A stretch of DNA of 64,000 bases from an uncultured Mycoplasmatota bacterium. Its GTDB lineage: Bacteria; Bacillota_I; Bacilli_A; RF39; UBA660. Positions 49,986 to 59,820 of the stretch are shown one piece after another (position 1 is the stretch's first letter; each line of letters opens with the position of its first letter). The notes under the pieces were generated by a model. The model did no database searches, was not told where the DNA came from, and was given only the letters and a program-made list of their open reading frames with translations. A program made the translations under genes and the position numbers. Where the stretch lies: contig CAMNRN010000001.1 of assembly GCA_946553095.1 (NCBI GenBank), positions 58,899-122,898 of the forward strand, in the 5' to 3' direction.

Positions 49986-51225
49986 TGAAGAATATGAAGC
50001 TTTTATAAGAAAACATCCTTTAAAAAGTTTTTATCAAAGCCTTGAATGGAAAAATTTAAAAGAAGAGGAAAAAAAAGATTATGAACTCCTAGGACTTTAT
50101 GAAGATGACACTTTAGTAGGAGCTTCTTTTGTTTTATATCCACAAGTTTTAAAAAAGTATGTCTTAGCATATGCCTCTCGTGGGTTTGTTTACGACTATA
50201 AAAACATTCCTGAATTTACCAAAGCTCTAAAAGCATACTTTAAGAAAAAAAATGTAGTTTTCTTTCGGATGGATCCTCCGGTTATATTAAATAAGTATAA
50301 TCATGTTTTAGAAAAGTCTACCTTCCAAGAAAGTTACAATATAATTGATACCTTAAAGAAAAATGGTTTTATTCACTTTGGTTTCAATGAAGGGCAAGAA
50401 ACAACTCAATTTCGTTTTATTCATCGTTTAGTTTTAAAGAGTAGTTATGAAGAACAACTGTTAGAAATGAGCAAAAGTACCAAGAAAAACATTGCTATCG
50501 CCGAAGAAAAAGGCGTAAGAGTAAAGCGCGTCTCAAAAGATGAATTAAGTGAAGTTTTACGCTTATTTAAATGTACTATGGACCATAGAGAAATAAAAGG
50601 TTTTCCAGATACATTTTATGAAATGCTTTTAACTAATTTTAAAGATTTAATAAAACTTTATATTGTCTATATTGATAAAAAAGTCTATCAAAAAAATCTT
50701 ACCAACAAAATAGACAAATTAAAGGAAGAGATCATGAAACTTAGTGAAGAAATGTCACATTCCAACATTGGCAAGAAACTGACAATGAAAAAAGAACAGC
50801 TTACAAAATCTTTAACTAAGGCAATAGAAGAGTTAAAAGAAACCGATAGTTTAAAAGATTACACTAATATCGCCGCGATGTTGACAATTACAAAGTATGA
50901 TGAAGTAGTTTCTCTTACAAGTGGGATGGATAATAACTATCGTAAATTTTGTCCTAAGTATGTCATGTATCCAGCCATGATTAAAGATGCCTTTTTAAAA
51001 GATTTAAAATATGTTAATTTCTTAGGTGTCAAACATATCTTCGACGAAAATAACCCTGATTATGGTGTATATGAAGTAAAGCGAGGCTTTGGTGGTGAAA
51101 CACTTGAATACATTGGTGAATTTGACTTGCCAATAAAACCATTATTATATAAAATCTATCAAGGGAAAAAATTTTTAAAAAAAGAGTATGAGGTATTAAA
51201 TGAAAAAAATAAAAAAATGGATTAG
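49963..51225 (+). CDS. FemAB/FemX-family peptidyltransferase (paralog 3)
   Basis: 420 aa. Alternative start at ATG 49978. Confidence 0.85.
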   Translation: MICKKMNDEEYEAFIRKHPLKSFYQSLEWKNLKEEEKKDYELLGLYEDDTLVGASFVLYPQVLKKYVLAYASRGFVYDYKNIPEFTKALKAYFKKKNVVFFRMDPPVILNKYNHVLEKSTFQESYNIIDTLKKNGFIHFGFNEGQETTQFRFIHRLVLKSSYEEQLLEMSKSTKKNIAIAEEKGVRVKRVSKDELSEVLRLFKCTMDHREIKGFPDTFYEMLLTNFKDLIKLYIVYIDKKVYQKNLTNKIDKLKEEIMKLSEEMSHSNIGKKLTMKKEQLTKSLTKAIEELKETDSLKDYTNIAAMLTITKYDEVVSLTSGMDNNYRKFCPKYVMYPAMIKDAFLKDLKYVNFLGVKHIFDENNPDYGVYEVKRGFGGETLEYIGEFDLPIKPLLYKIYQGKKFLKKEYEVLNEKNKKMD

Positions 51226-51770
51226 TCCAATATTATTAATAATAATTATCTTTTTAAGTATTAACTTAATTTTCAAATATACTGCTGAGTTTTGCAAAAA
51301 CTAAATATAAAACAAGTAAAGATTATGAAGAAGAACATAATAAAAAACAAGTAGAACAAGAAAAAGAAAGAGAAACAGCTCTAAATTTAGTAAAAGAAGT
51401 GGAAACAGAATCTAAAATATATAGTTCAGTTGTCTTAGGCGATTATATTTACTATACGAAAGAATATGAAAAAATTTATAAATATAATAAGAAGACAAAA
51501 GAAATAACTCCTGTTGAAGTCGTAGAAGAAACCTCTGGCATAGAAGCTTTGGCAGTCGTGGACTATTACCCCGATTTAAAGGAAAAAATAGTCAAAATAA
51601 CGAAAGATAACAAAAGTTTAAGTGGAGCTTATCTGGAAGAAGATCGAATTTTTATTGAATTCTTTTCTCCAAAAGGAAAAACCTACCTTTATGAATATGT
51701 TCCTAAGAAAAATAAATTAAAGAAGATAGCCACATTTAAAGATTCTATTGATGAAATAATCATAAAATAA
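51200..51770 (+). pseudogene. frameshifted gene for a membrane-anchored ~190-aa protein (signal-anchor ORF 51200-51304 + body frame open 51270-51770)
   Basis: Frame A gives MKKIKKWISPILLIIIIFLSINLIFKYTAEFCKN then TAA at 51302-51304. Frame B (the track ORF 51399-51770, GTG start) is open upstream to 51270 with no start codon. Deleting one A from the A5 run at 51296-51300 fuses the two frames. Confidence 0.6.
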
Positions 51771-51879
51771 AAGTATTTCAATGTTAGAAGTATCAAATTT
51801 GTGAAAACCAGATGAAAAGGAAGATTTTTCTATTTTCTTAATAAATTTTAAATGATATAATACTTATACTGGAGGTAGT

Positions 51880-52581
51880 ATGAAACTCATTGAATTTAAA
51901 AACGTAAGTAAAGTTTATAAAAACGGTGTAACCGCTCTTGCTGATGTATCAGTCACAATTAACAAAGGTGAATTTGTTTTCGTAATTGGACTTACTGCCA
52001 GTGGAAAATCGACTTTTATAAAAATGTTATACCGAGAAGAAAAGCCTACAAAAGGAAATGTCTTTGTCGGAGGGCTAAATGTTGGCAAAATAAGAAACGG
52101 TAAAGTATATAAATTAAGAAGAAAAATAGGAATCGTATTTCAAGATTTCAAATTATTGCCTAAGTTAACAGTTTATGAAAATGTTGCATTTGCTCTTGAA
52201 TGTGTCGGCATGAAAGAAAAAGATATTCGTCCCAAAGTTATGAATGCTTTAGAACGAGTTGGCCTAAAATCTAAAATTAGATCTTTTCCTGGAGAACTAT
52301 CAGGTGGAGAACAACAAAGAGTCTGTATAGCAAGAGCGATTGTAAATGAACCTAAAATACTAATTTGTGATGAACCGACTGGAAACCTTGATCCAGAAAC
52401 CAGTGAAGAGATAATGAAAGTAATTAATAATATCAACAAAGATTTAGGAACAACCATCATCATGGCGACTCACGATAAAGATATAGTAAATAGAATGCAA
52501 AAAAGAGTTTTGTTAATAGAACAAGGCGTCTTAGCTGGCGACTATGCGAAAGGAAGTTACAAAGCCCATGAAGCCGATTAG
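51880..52581 (+). CDS. ftsE: cell division ATP-binding protein FtsE
   Basis: 233 aa. Walker A GLTASGKST, LSGGEQQR signature. Confidence 0.93.
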   Translation: MKLIEFKNVSKVYKNGVTALADVSVTINKGEFVFVIGLTASGKSTFIKMLYREEKPTKGNVFVGGLNVGKIRNGKVYKLRRKIGIVFQDFKLLPKLTVYENVAFALECVGMKEKDIRPKVMNALERVGLKSKIRSFPGELSGGEQQRVCIARAIVNEPKILICDEPTGNLDPETSEEIMKVINNINKDLGTTIIMATHDKDIVNRMQKRVLLIEQGVLAGDYAKGSYKAHEAD

Positions 52582-53461
52582 AATAATTATTCGTAGTTTT
52601 CGAGATGCTTTTAAAAGTGTTGTCCGAAACTTTAGTTTGAGCTTTGCCTCAATAATGTGTACCACAATTACTTTAATTTTGGTAGCTGTTGCTATCGTCA
52701 GTGCAGCCAACATATCTAATGCTACAAAATTAATTGAAGATGAACTAAGTATAATTGTTTATTTAGAAAAAGAAACATCTGAAGAAAAGATAGAAAACAT
52801 AAAAACAGACATTGAATCTCAAAGCAATGTTGAAAAAATCGTATATAAAAGTAAAGATGAATGGAAACATGAACTAGAAGATTATGATGATACATTTGAT
52901 ACAGTTTTAAACTATTTAGAAGATAATCCTTTATTAGAAACATTTGTTGTTAAGACAAAAGAACTAAATAAAATGGAAGATACGGCTAATTACATAAAAT
53001 CCATAAGTGGAGTAAAAACTGTAAAATATGGAGAAGGATCAATAGATACTTTAGTTACAGTTTTTGACATTGTCCAAAAAGTTGTTGTCATAGTTGTAAT
53101 TGCTCTAATATTAGTTACAGCTTTCTTAATAAGTAATACAATAAAATTAACAATCTTTAGTCGTAAAAGTGAAATTGAAATTATGCGTTTAGTAGGAGGA
53201 AGTAACATTGCTATTCGCCTTCCGTTTTTAATTGAAGGATTCATAATTGGTATAATTGGTTCTATTATCCCGATCTGTGTAACAATATATGGATATGTAA
53301 TATTATACTCACAATTAAATGGCCGTTTATTTACAAATTTAATCATGTTAATAAAGCCATATAATTTTGTTTTCCAAGTATCTGGCGTTTTAGTTATAAT
53401 CGGAGGTTTAGTTGGAATGTACGGAAGCTTAAAAGCAGTAAGGAAGTATTTAAAAATATGA
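52568..53461 (+). CDS. ftsX: cell division permease FtsX
   Basis: Start at ATG 52568 (MKPIRIIIRSFRDAF), overlapping the ftsE end; the track starts at 52544. 4 TM and a large extracellular loop. Confidence 0.88.
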   Translation: MKPIRIIIRSFRDAFKSVVRNFSLSFASIMCTTITLILVAVAIVSAANISNATKLIEDELSIIVYLEKETSEEKIENIKTDIESQSNVEKIVYKSKDEWKHELEDYDDTFDTVLNYLEDNPLLETFVVKTKELNKMEDTANYIKSISGVKTVKYGEGSIDTLVTVFDIVQKVVVIVVIALILVTAFLISNTIKLTIFSRKSEIEIMRLVGGSNIAIRLPFLIEGFIIGIIGSIIPICVTIYGYVILYSQLNGRLFTNLIMLIKPYNFVFQVSGVLVIIGGLVGMYGSLKAVRKYLKI

Positions 53462-54687
53462 AAAAGAGTCAAATAATTGCCGAAGTGATTGTAAGAAGTC
53501 TGTTATTAATCTCAATAATATCTTGTTACTTTTTGGAGCCGATGAGTATTAAAGCTGCTCCCAAGGCCAATACTTTAGCAGGCCTTCGTAAAGAATTAAA
53601 AGAATATCAAGCTAAGAAATCTAAAGCTGAAAATGACAAAAAGCTAACACAAAACGAAATTAATAACAACAAAAATCAAATCAACAACAATTACAAAGAA
53701 ATAGAAGAGTCAGAAAATCAAATTACACAAGCTAAAAATGATATAGAAAGTAGCCGTAAAAAAATTGAAGAATATAAAAAAGAAACTGAAGAACTGATGG
53801 CATTTTATCAAATAATGAGTGGCGAAAACAATTATTTAGAATTTATCAGTGACTCATCAAGTATGACAGAATTGATCATGCGAATTGATGCTGTAGAAAG
53901 TATTGCCAAATACAATAAAGAAAAATTAACAGAATTAGATAATTTAATAAAAGATTTAAATCAAAAACAAGTAGATTTAAAAAATTATGAAACAGAATTA
54001 AGCAATAAAATAACAAATTTAGAAAAAAACATTGATAAATTAAATAGTAATATCCAAATTTATGATGATGATAAAACTAGTGCCGAAGAAGAAATTGAAA
54101 ATATCAAAAATGTTATCAAAGTATATGAAGATATGGGTTGTAAAGAAAATGAAGACTTAGATGTTTGTGCAAGTCGTGGAGAAAATAACACATTTTTAAA
54201 ACCAGTTGCCAAAGGGCGTATAACAAGTGTTTTTGGCCCTAGAACAGTATCAGGTCAATCATCAAACCACAGTGGTATCGACATTGGACTAGCTGAAGGA
54301 ACGCCAGTATATTCAATGGTAAACGGAACAGTATTTAGTATAACAAATAAAGCTTCATGTGGAGGAAATAAAGTATACATAAATGCGGTTGTAAAAGGTA
54401 AAAAATATACGGTCGTATATCTCCATTTATTAAAAATAGATGTTAAAATAGGTCAAGAAGTAACAACGCAGACTGTAATTGGAAAATCAGGTGGTTATTC
54501 AACTTCAACAAAGCATGGTGGTTATGACAGATGTACAACTGGAGCTCATCTACATGTGTCGGTGGCTAAAGAGTTTTACACTGGTAAAGATGCCCCATAT
54601 CGCGCAAACTTAATAAATCCACCAGGGTTTCCAGGCAAAGGCGGATGGTTCTATTCTCGTACTCAATGGTTTGGCCCAAAATTATAA
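53458..54687 (+). CDS. coiled-coil + M23 peptidase (EnvC/FtsEX-regulated hydrolase type)
   Basis: Signal peptide, ~200-aa heptad-rich coiled coil, C-terminal M23 domain (HSGIDI, HLHVS). Translationally coupled to ftsX. Confidence 0.85.
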   Translation: MKKSQIIAEVIVRSLLLISIISCYFLEPMSIKAAPKANTLAGLRKELKEYQAKKSKAENDKKLTQNEINNNKNQINNNYKEIEESENQITQAKNDIESSRKKIEEYKKETEELMAFYQIMSGENNYLEFISDSSSMTELIMRIDAVESIAKYNKEKLTELDNLIKDLNQKQVDLKNYETELSNKITNLEKNIDKLNSNIQIYDDDKTSAEEEIENIKNVIKVYEDMGCKENEDLDVCASRGENNTFLKPVAKGRITSVFGPRTVSGQSSNHSGIDIGLAEGTPVYSMVNGTVFSITNKASCGGNKVYINAVVKGKKYTVVYLHLLKIDVKIGQEVTTQTVIGKSGGYSTSTKHGGYDRCTTGAHLHVSVAKEFYTGKDAPYRANLINPPGFPGKGGWFYSRTQWFGPKL

Positions 54688-54717
54688 AACATTTGCAAAA
54701 ATGTTTTATTTTTTTAT
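54686..54717 (+). terminator. rho-independent terminator (AAAACATTT-gcaa-AAATGTTTT + T-rich tail)
   Basis: Perfect 9-bp stem at 54686-54694/54699-54707, followed by ATTTTTTTATTT. Confidence 0.75.
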
Positions 54718-54848
54718 TTCGTAAAATTTTGTATATAAACCAACATATTTGTAAAAACTAAGTATCTGATTAATTGACTATCCGCTCTGTAGTCAGTATA
54801 ATGAAGTAAAGGTAGACATCCTGGCAATTTAGAAGGTAGGTTAAGTAT

Positions 54849-56148
54849 ATGGAGTATACAAAAAAGAAAAAAATGTTATTAGCAATAGCAATTGTCTTTT
54901 TAATTGTTCTTGTCTTCAATGCGCTTATGCTTACTTTCAGGTACAAACAGGTCTTGGACAAAACACTAATATCAATATTCAAGCAGAAACAAGTGATTCT
55001 CTTATGTTTGAAGTAGGTAGTGATATTTCGATTGAAGTAGGCCAACATAACTTCGCCGAAGGGATGGATAATCAGTCGGGTAGTACTTATGCGAGAGCCA
55101 TTTTAAAATCTACAACAGATACACCTTATACTTACAATGTTTATTTAGATATGAAAAAGAATGGTTTTAATTATACAGCGGAGGATAACAAACCAGAGAT
55201 AATGTTAAAAATAACAGATCCAAATGGCAATGAAGTAACAAGTGGAATAGAAGGAGTAACTTAAATAGTGACCAAAGTTCCAATGCCGGATCTAGCTTAA
55301 GTGCTAAGTTAGTAGTAAGAAAAGAAGAACATGCTGGTGCAAAAGTATTAAAAAGTGTAACATCTGATCAAGAAACAGAGATATGGGGGCATAGAGATAA
55401 AATAACGAAAATAGTTTTCGAGGATACAGCTGTAGTACATGAAGATGCTGAGATAGTATATGATATATCATCACTACAAGATAAAAGTGTTATGGCTTAT
55501 ATGATAAACAATGGAGATGATACTTATACAACATATATCAATTCAGATGGAAAGATAACTGCAAATAGAGATAGTTCATTTTTATTTTATAAATTTACAA
55601 AATTAACAACAATAGAAGGATTAGAAAACTTAGATACATCTCGAGTAACAAATATGCGAAGTATGTTTGATGGAGATAGTAGTTTAATGACAATAGATTT
55701 AAGTAGTTTTGATACATCTCAAGTAGAATACGCAGCACACATGTTTTATGGATGTAATAATTTAAACGCTTTAGACGTTAGTAATTTAGACACCTCACAA
55801 GTCATAGATATGGGATATATGTTTTATAATTGTAACAGTTTAACCGCATTAAATGTAAGCAATTTCAATACATCTAAAGTTACAAATATGAGCGCTATGT
55901 TTGCATACTGTAGTTTAAGCATTTTAGACCTAAGTAATTTTGATACCTCGCAAGTAACCAATATGTCAAGTATGTTTTATGGATGTAATAGTTTAACTAC
56001 CATAGATTTAAGGAACGCAGACTTTACAAGAGCGACAGAACATAGTAATATGCTTACTTATATACCTTCATCTATTTCTATTATTGTTAAAGACCAATAT
56101 CAAAAGAATTTATTGAAGCAAGACTTGGATCAGGGAAAGGAACAGTAA
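54849..56148 (+). pseudogene. degraded DUF285-repeat (Mycoplasma/Listeria-type 26-residue LRR-like repeat) surface protein gene split over three frames
   Basis: Frame 1: signal-anchor ORF from ATG 54849 (MEYTKKKKMLLAIAIVFLIVLVF...), stopping near 55013. Frame 2: 55004-55264. Frame 3: 55492-56148, which carries at least 5 repeats of the LS.FDTSQVTNMS.MF.GC.SLT..D type. Confidence 0.65.
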
Positions 56149-56203
56149 CAATTGCATAAAAAAATAACCTTTGGTTTTAAAACGCCAAAGGTCTTTTTAT
56201 ATA

Positions 56204-56554
56204 TTAATAAGTTTTTTCGGAATACGCATGCGAATAAATAATAGGTTCCATAAATTCAACGTAATTTAAGTAAATAATGCGTATTAAATACCAAGTACCA
56301 GAAACGTTATCTTTAATAATTAAATGATCTCTTCCGGCCTCTTCAATAATACCTTCATAAACTTTATTCTGCCAAGCTGAACTATCTGGATAGCTGACGT
56401 AAGCTTTAACTCTTCTTCCTTTGTTAAGTCTCAAAATATTTTCGATATAACTTTGTTCCATCGGCATATTAACAGCACTTTCGCTCATATTACCTGGTGG
56501 TGTTTGAAAATTATTAGATGGAAATGTTGGATTTTGGTAGTAATTACCATTCAT
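56204..56554 (-). CDS. gerQ: spore coat protein GerQ-like
   Basis: 116 aa from ATG (reverse complement 56552-56554) with RBS GAGGTG. ...SYIENILRLNKGRRVKAYV...IIEEAGRDHLIIKD...WYLIRIIYLNYVEF matches the GerQ/YwdL C-terminal domain. The track ORF 56204-56851 is over-extended, and its first 99 codons overlap the yitT start. Confidence 0.7.
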   Translation of the reverse strand: MNGNYYQNPTFPSNNFQTPPGNMSESAVNMPMEQSYIENILRLNKGRRVKAYVSYPDSSAWQNKVYEGIIEEAGRDHLIIKDNVSGTWYLIRIIYLNYVEFMEPIIYSHAYSEKTY

Positions 56555-56679
56555 AAAATTCACCTCTACAAAAAGTATATGATTCCTATTTATAATAATT
56601 CTAAATATCAAAAATTTATTTTGTAATAATTGCCAAAAGTCAGCTTTTGTTTTATAATTACGATAGAGTAGGTGGTAGT

Positions 56680-57555
56680 GTGAAAAAAAAGAATATTGAA
56701 CATACCATATCAACCGGCATAACCTTTGTCTTAGGTGTATTTTTGCTTGCCTTATGTTACAACTTAGTTTTACTTCCCAATAATTTTGTCGTTGCTGGAA
56801 TGAGTGGAATCGGAATCGCCTTAGAAACCCTAGTGGGTCTAAATGCCACATTTTTTATATATGCTACAAACATAATCCTTTTATTTGTAAGTTTCTTTTT
56901 TCTTGGTTATGATAAAACTAAAAACACGATTGTTGGCTCAATTCTTTATCCCTTAATGATAACATTTACAGCTCCCATAGCCTCATTTTTAAATGCTCAA
57001 TTTCCTTTGGAAGATCCTATTTTATTAATCCTTCTAGGTGCAGTATTATATGGAACTAGCAATGGTTTAATATATAAATGTGGGTATACAACAGGAGGAA
57101 ATGACGTTTTAATGCAACTAATCAACAAATATTTTAAAGTACCCGAAAGTAAAGCATTAACTTTTGTCAATATGGTTGTAATCGGCTTTGGATGTACAAC
57201 CTTCGGTTATTTAAAAGCCATATATTCATTAATAATATTACTAATATCTAAAACATTCATTGATCGAATTATGTTTGGTATATCAGAAAGTAAGTTATTC
57301 TACATATTTACAAAGGATGAAAAGAAAGTCAAGAAAGCTATCTTAGAAGAGTTTGAATCAGGATTTACCTTACTTCCTACAAAAGGTGGATACCGTGAAG
57401 AAAAAGGAAGTTTAATCATGTGTGTTGTTCCAAATAGTGATTATTATCCATTTAAAGAAAGAATCATTGAAATTGATCCTTCTGCATTCTTTATAATTGA
57501 AGATTGTTATGAAGTAAACGGTGGAGTAAAACGAAGTAATCGTCATTTTTTCTAA
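56680..57555 (+). CDS. YitT-family membrane protein (DUF161 + DUF2179)
   Basis: Probable GTG start at 56680 (VKKKNIEHT) after AGGTGG. 5 TM with a GG..GI motif, and a C-terminal DUF2179-like domain. Confidence 0.75.
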   Translation: MKKKNIEHTISTGITFVLGVFLLALCYNLVLLPNNFVVAGMSGIGIALETLVGLNATFFIYATNIILLFVSFFFLGYDKTKNTIVGSILYPLMITFTAPIASFLNAQFPLEDPILLILLGAVLYGTSNGLIYKCGYTTGGNDVLMQLINKYFKVPESKALTFVNMVVIGFGCTTFGYLKAIYSLIILLISKTFIDRIMFGISESKLFYIFTKDEKKVKKAILEEFESGFTLLPTKGGYREEKGSLIMCVVPNSDYYPFKERIIEIDPSAFFIIEDCYEVNGGVKRSNRHFF

Positions 57556-57557
57556 TT

Positions 57558-57827
57558 CTATTTAACAGTTACATTGCATTCGTATTCAAAAATATCCGTA
57601 ATATCACAGTTTAAATAATCACAAAGGCGTGCTAAAACATAAATATCGATTCGAATTAAATCTCCATTTAAAAATCTGCGAATAACTTTGTAATCGGTAT
57701 TAGTATCACGTAATAATTGATTAATACTTATATGTCGATTATTTAGTATATCTTTCAATTTCAACGTAAAACAACCATTTTCTACTTCAATTTTTGCCAT
57801 AACTACTGCATCCTTCAATTCCATCAT
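57558..57827 (-). CDS. Cro/C1-type HTH transcriptional regulator (HTH_26/YozG-like)
   Basis: ...ISINQLLRDTNTDYKVIRRF...D...L.RLCDYLNCDITDIFEY. The start is either 57827 or the internal ATG at 57800. Confidence 0.7.
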   Translation of the reverse strand: MMELKDAVVMAKIEVENGCFTLKLKDILNNRHISINQLLRDTNTDYKVIRRFLNGDLIRIDIYVLARLCDYLNCDITDIFEYECNVTVK

Positions 57828-57950
57828 ATCAATTTCACTGGTTATTTGACTATCTGCTATATAACCACTACTTCTAGACTCGGAGGAATAGTTTTAAAAA
57901 ACATTCCTTTTTTTTCTTGTTTGTGATAAACTTTTATTAGTGATGAAAGA

Positions 57951-58901
57951 ATGAAAAAAATTGTTATATTTGGAGGAGGGAGTGGCCTTTCTCAATTATT
58001 AAAAGGGCTTAAACTATTCCCTGTTGAAATAACAGCTGTTGTTACAGTGGCAGATAATGGTACTTCGACGGGGAGACTTAGAAGAGAATTAAAAATACCT
58101 GCTGTAGGAGATATAACGAAAGTAATGCTTTCCATGGCCAATATGCCCCGCGAGGTTCATGAACTTATGAATTATCGTTTCACCAAATCTAAGACAATCG
58201 GCAACCATTCTGTTAAAAATCTCTTATTAACAGCGCTTTTAGACTTACAAGGTAGTTTAGATAAAGCGATTCCTATACTAGGTGAAATGCTGAATTTAAA
58301 AGGGACAATACTTCCTTTAACTGAAGATAACATAGATTTAGTAGGGATAACCGAAGATGGAAAAAGGATTGTGGGCGAAGAGCAAGTTACTAAAAGTGCG
58401 AGTAAAATCAAAACTTTGGAATATGATAAAGACTTTGTAGTAAATCCTAAAATTATTACAGCCCTACACGAAGCTGATTTAATAATTTTATCTTCAGGTA
58501 GTCTTCTAACAAGTATTATTCCACATTTAATATCTAAAGATTTAGTCAAAGAGATAAAAAAAGCGAAAGCTCCAAAAATGTATGTATGTAACCTATTTAC
58601 TCAGCCAGGAGAAACTGATGGATTTACGGTCAAAGACCACGTAGATTTAATTGAGAATCGCTTAGGAAAAAATGTCCTAAACGTAGTTATTGCTAATAAT
58701 GCCATTATGAGTAGTCGACTTGCTGCGAAATATGCCTCAGAAGAACAAAAAGATCCTGTATTACTTGATGAAGCAGAATTTAAAGATTCACAAATAAAGA
58801 TTATATGTGATAAATTATTTACAATCGAAGAAGAAACCTATCGTCATGATTCGCTCAAAACAGCGTACTTAATATTTTCATACTTAATGGATGGCCAATA
58901 A
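57951..58901 (+). CDS. yvcK: gluconeogenesis factor YvcK (UPF0052/CofD-like)
   Basis: 316 aa. FGGGSGLS..L.GLK.....TAVVTVADNGTSTGRLR. Confidence 0.92.
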   Translation: MKKIVIFGGGSGLSQLLKGLKLFPVEITAVVTVADNGTSTGRLRRELKIPAVGDITKVMLSMANMPREVHELMNYRFTKSKTIGNHSVKNLLLTALLDLQGSLDKAIPILGEMLNLKGTILPLTEDNIDLVGITEDGKRIVGEEQVTKSASKIKTLEYDKDFVVNPKIITALHEADLIILSSGSLLTSIIPHLISKDLVKEIKKAKAPKMYVCNLFTQPGETDGFTVKDHVDLIENRLGKNVLNVVIANNAIMSSRLAAKYASEEQKDPVLLDEAEFKDSQIKIICDKLFTIEEETYRHDSLKTAYLIFSYLMDGQ

Positions 58902-59815
58902 TGACTTTTACAACCAGTTTAAAAGAAGAAATGGCTAAGATGGATATCAACAGGATTGAAAGTCGATATGAGTTAATAGCTTTTTTAAATTGTATTGCCC
59001 AAATAACGACAGATGAGATTTTAATTACAATGGAAAACGCTTCTGTTGCTAGACGAATCTATAAAGAAATAAAAGAAATATTAGGAATAAATCCTAGTAT
59101 CACAATCCGAATTCAAAAAAGATTTAAAATAAAACGAATATATATATTAAGTATTAAAGAAAAAATAAATTATATTAAAGAAACGATTAACGTAGGTTCA
59201 AAAATCGAAATCGAAACTTTAGTTACTGATGAAGAAAAAATAGCTTTTTTAAAAGGGGCATTTTTAGCAGTAGGAAATATTTCTAACCCTAGCACCAGTG
59301 GCTATCACTTAGAATTTATCTTTAAAAAGGAAAGATTAGCTAAACAGATCTTAAATTTACTTAAATATTTTAATATGACAGCTAAACTAATAAAACGAGG
59401 TTACAAGACAATTGTATATATTAAATCCAGTGAAGATATAAGTGATTTAATAAAGCATTTTAAAGCTACAAGCGCCTTATTTTACTTTGAAGATATCCGA
59501 ATCTATCGCGACCATAAAAATATGGTAAATCGTCTAAATAACTGTGAAATAGCCAATCAAGAAAAAACTTTTAAGGCTGGATTAGAACAAATGGAAAAAA
59601 TAAAATTCTTAAGAGAAAATGATTTATTTGCTTTACTAGATGAAAAAACTCAAATAATTGCTGAATATCGCGAAAAATATCCCGAATTATCATATCAAGA
59701 ATTAGCCGATGTCATTTCCCTCGAGACAACTTATAAAATAGGAAAATCTGGAATTAATCATCATTTCATTAAAATAAATGAACTAATAAATAAATATTTA
59801 AATAACAAGGAGTAA
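58901..59815 (+). CDS. whiA: DNA-binding sporulation/division regulator WhiA
   Basis: 304 aa. LAGLIDLAGDG-type domains and a C-terminal HTH. Conserved yvcK-whiA order. Confidence 0.9.
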   Translation: MTFTTSLKEEMAKMDINRIESRYELIAFLNCIAQITTDEILITMENASVARRIYKEIKEILGINPSITIRIQKRFKIKRIYILSIKEKINYIKETINVGSKIEIETLVTDEEKIAFLKGAFLAVGNISNPSTSGYHLEFIFKKERLAKQILNLLKYFNMTAKLIKRGYKTIVYIKSSEDISDLIKHFKATSALFYFEDIRIYRDHKNMVNRLNNCEIANQEKTFKAGLEQMEKIKFLRENDLFALLDEKTQIIAEYREKYPELSYQELADVISLETTYKIGKSGINHHFIKINELINKYLNNKE

Positions 59816-59820
59816 TTAAT

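Noticed and set aside
52990-58549. Antisense ORFs 52173-52463, 52990-53472 (160 aa), 54770-55048 and 58172-58549
   Set aside because: Embedded antisense to ftsE, ftsX, the DUF285 pseudogene leader and yvcK. Spurious.
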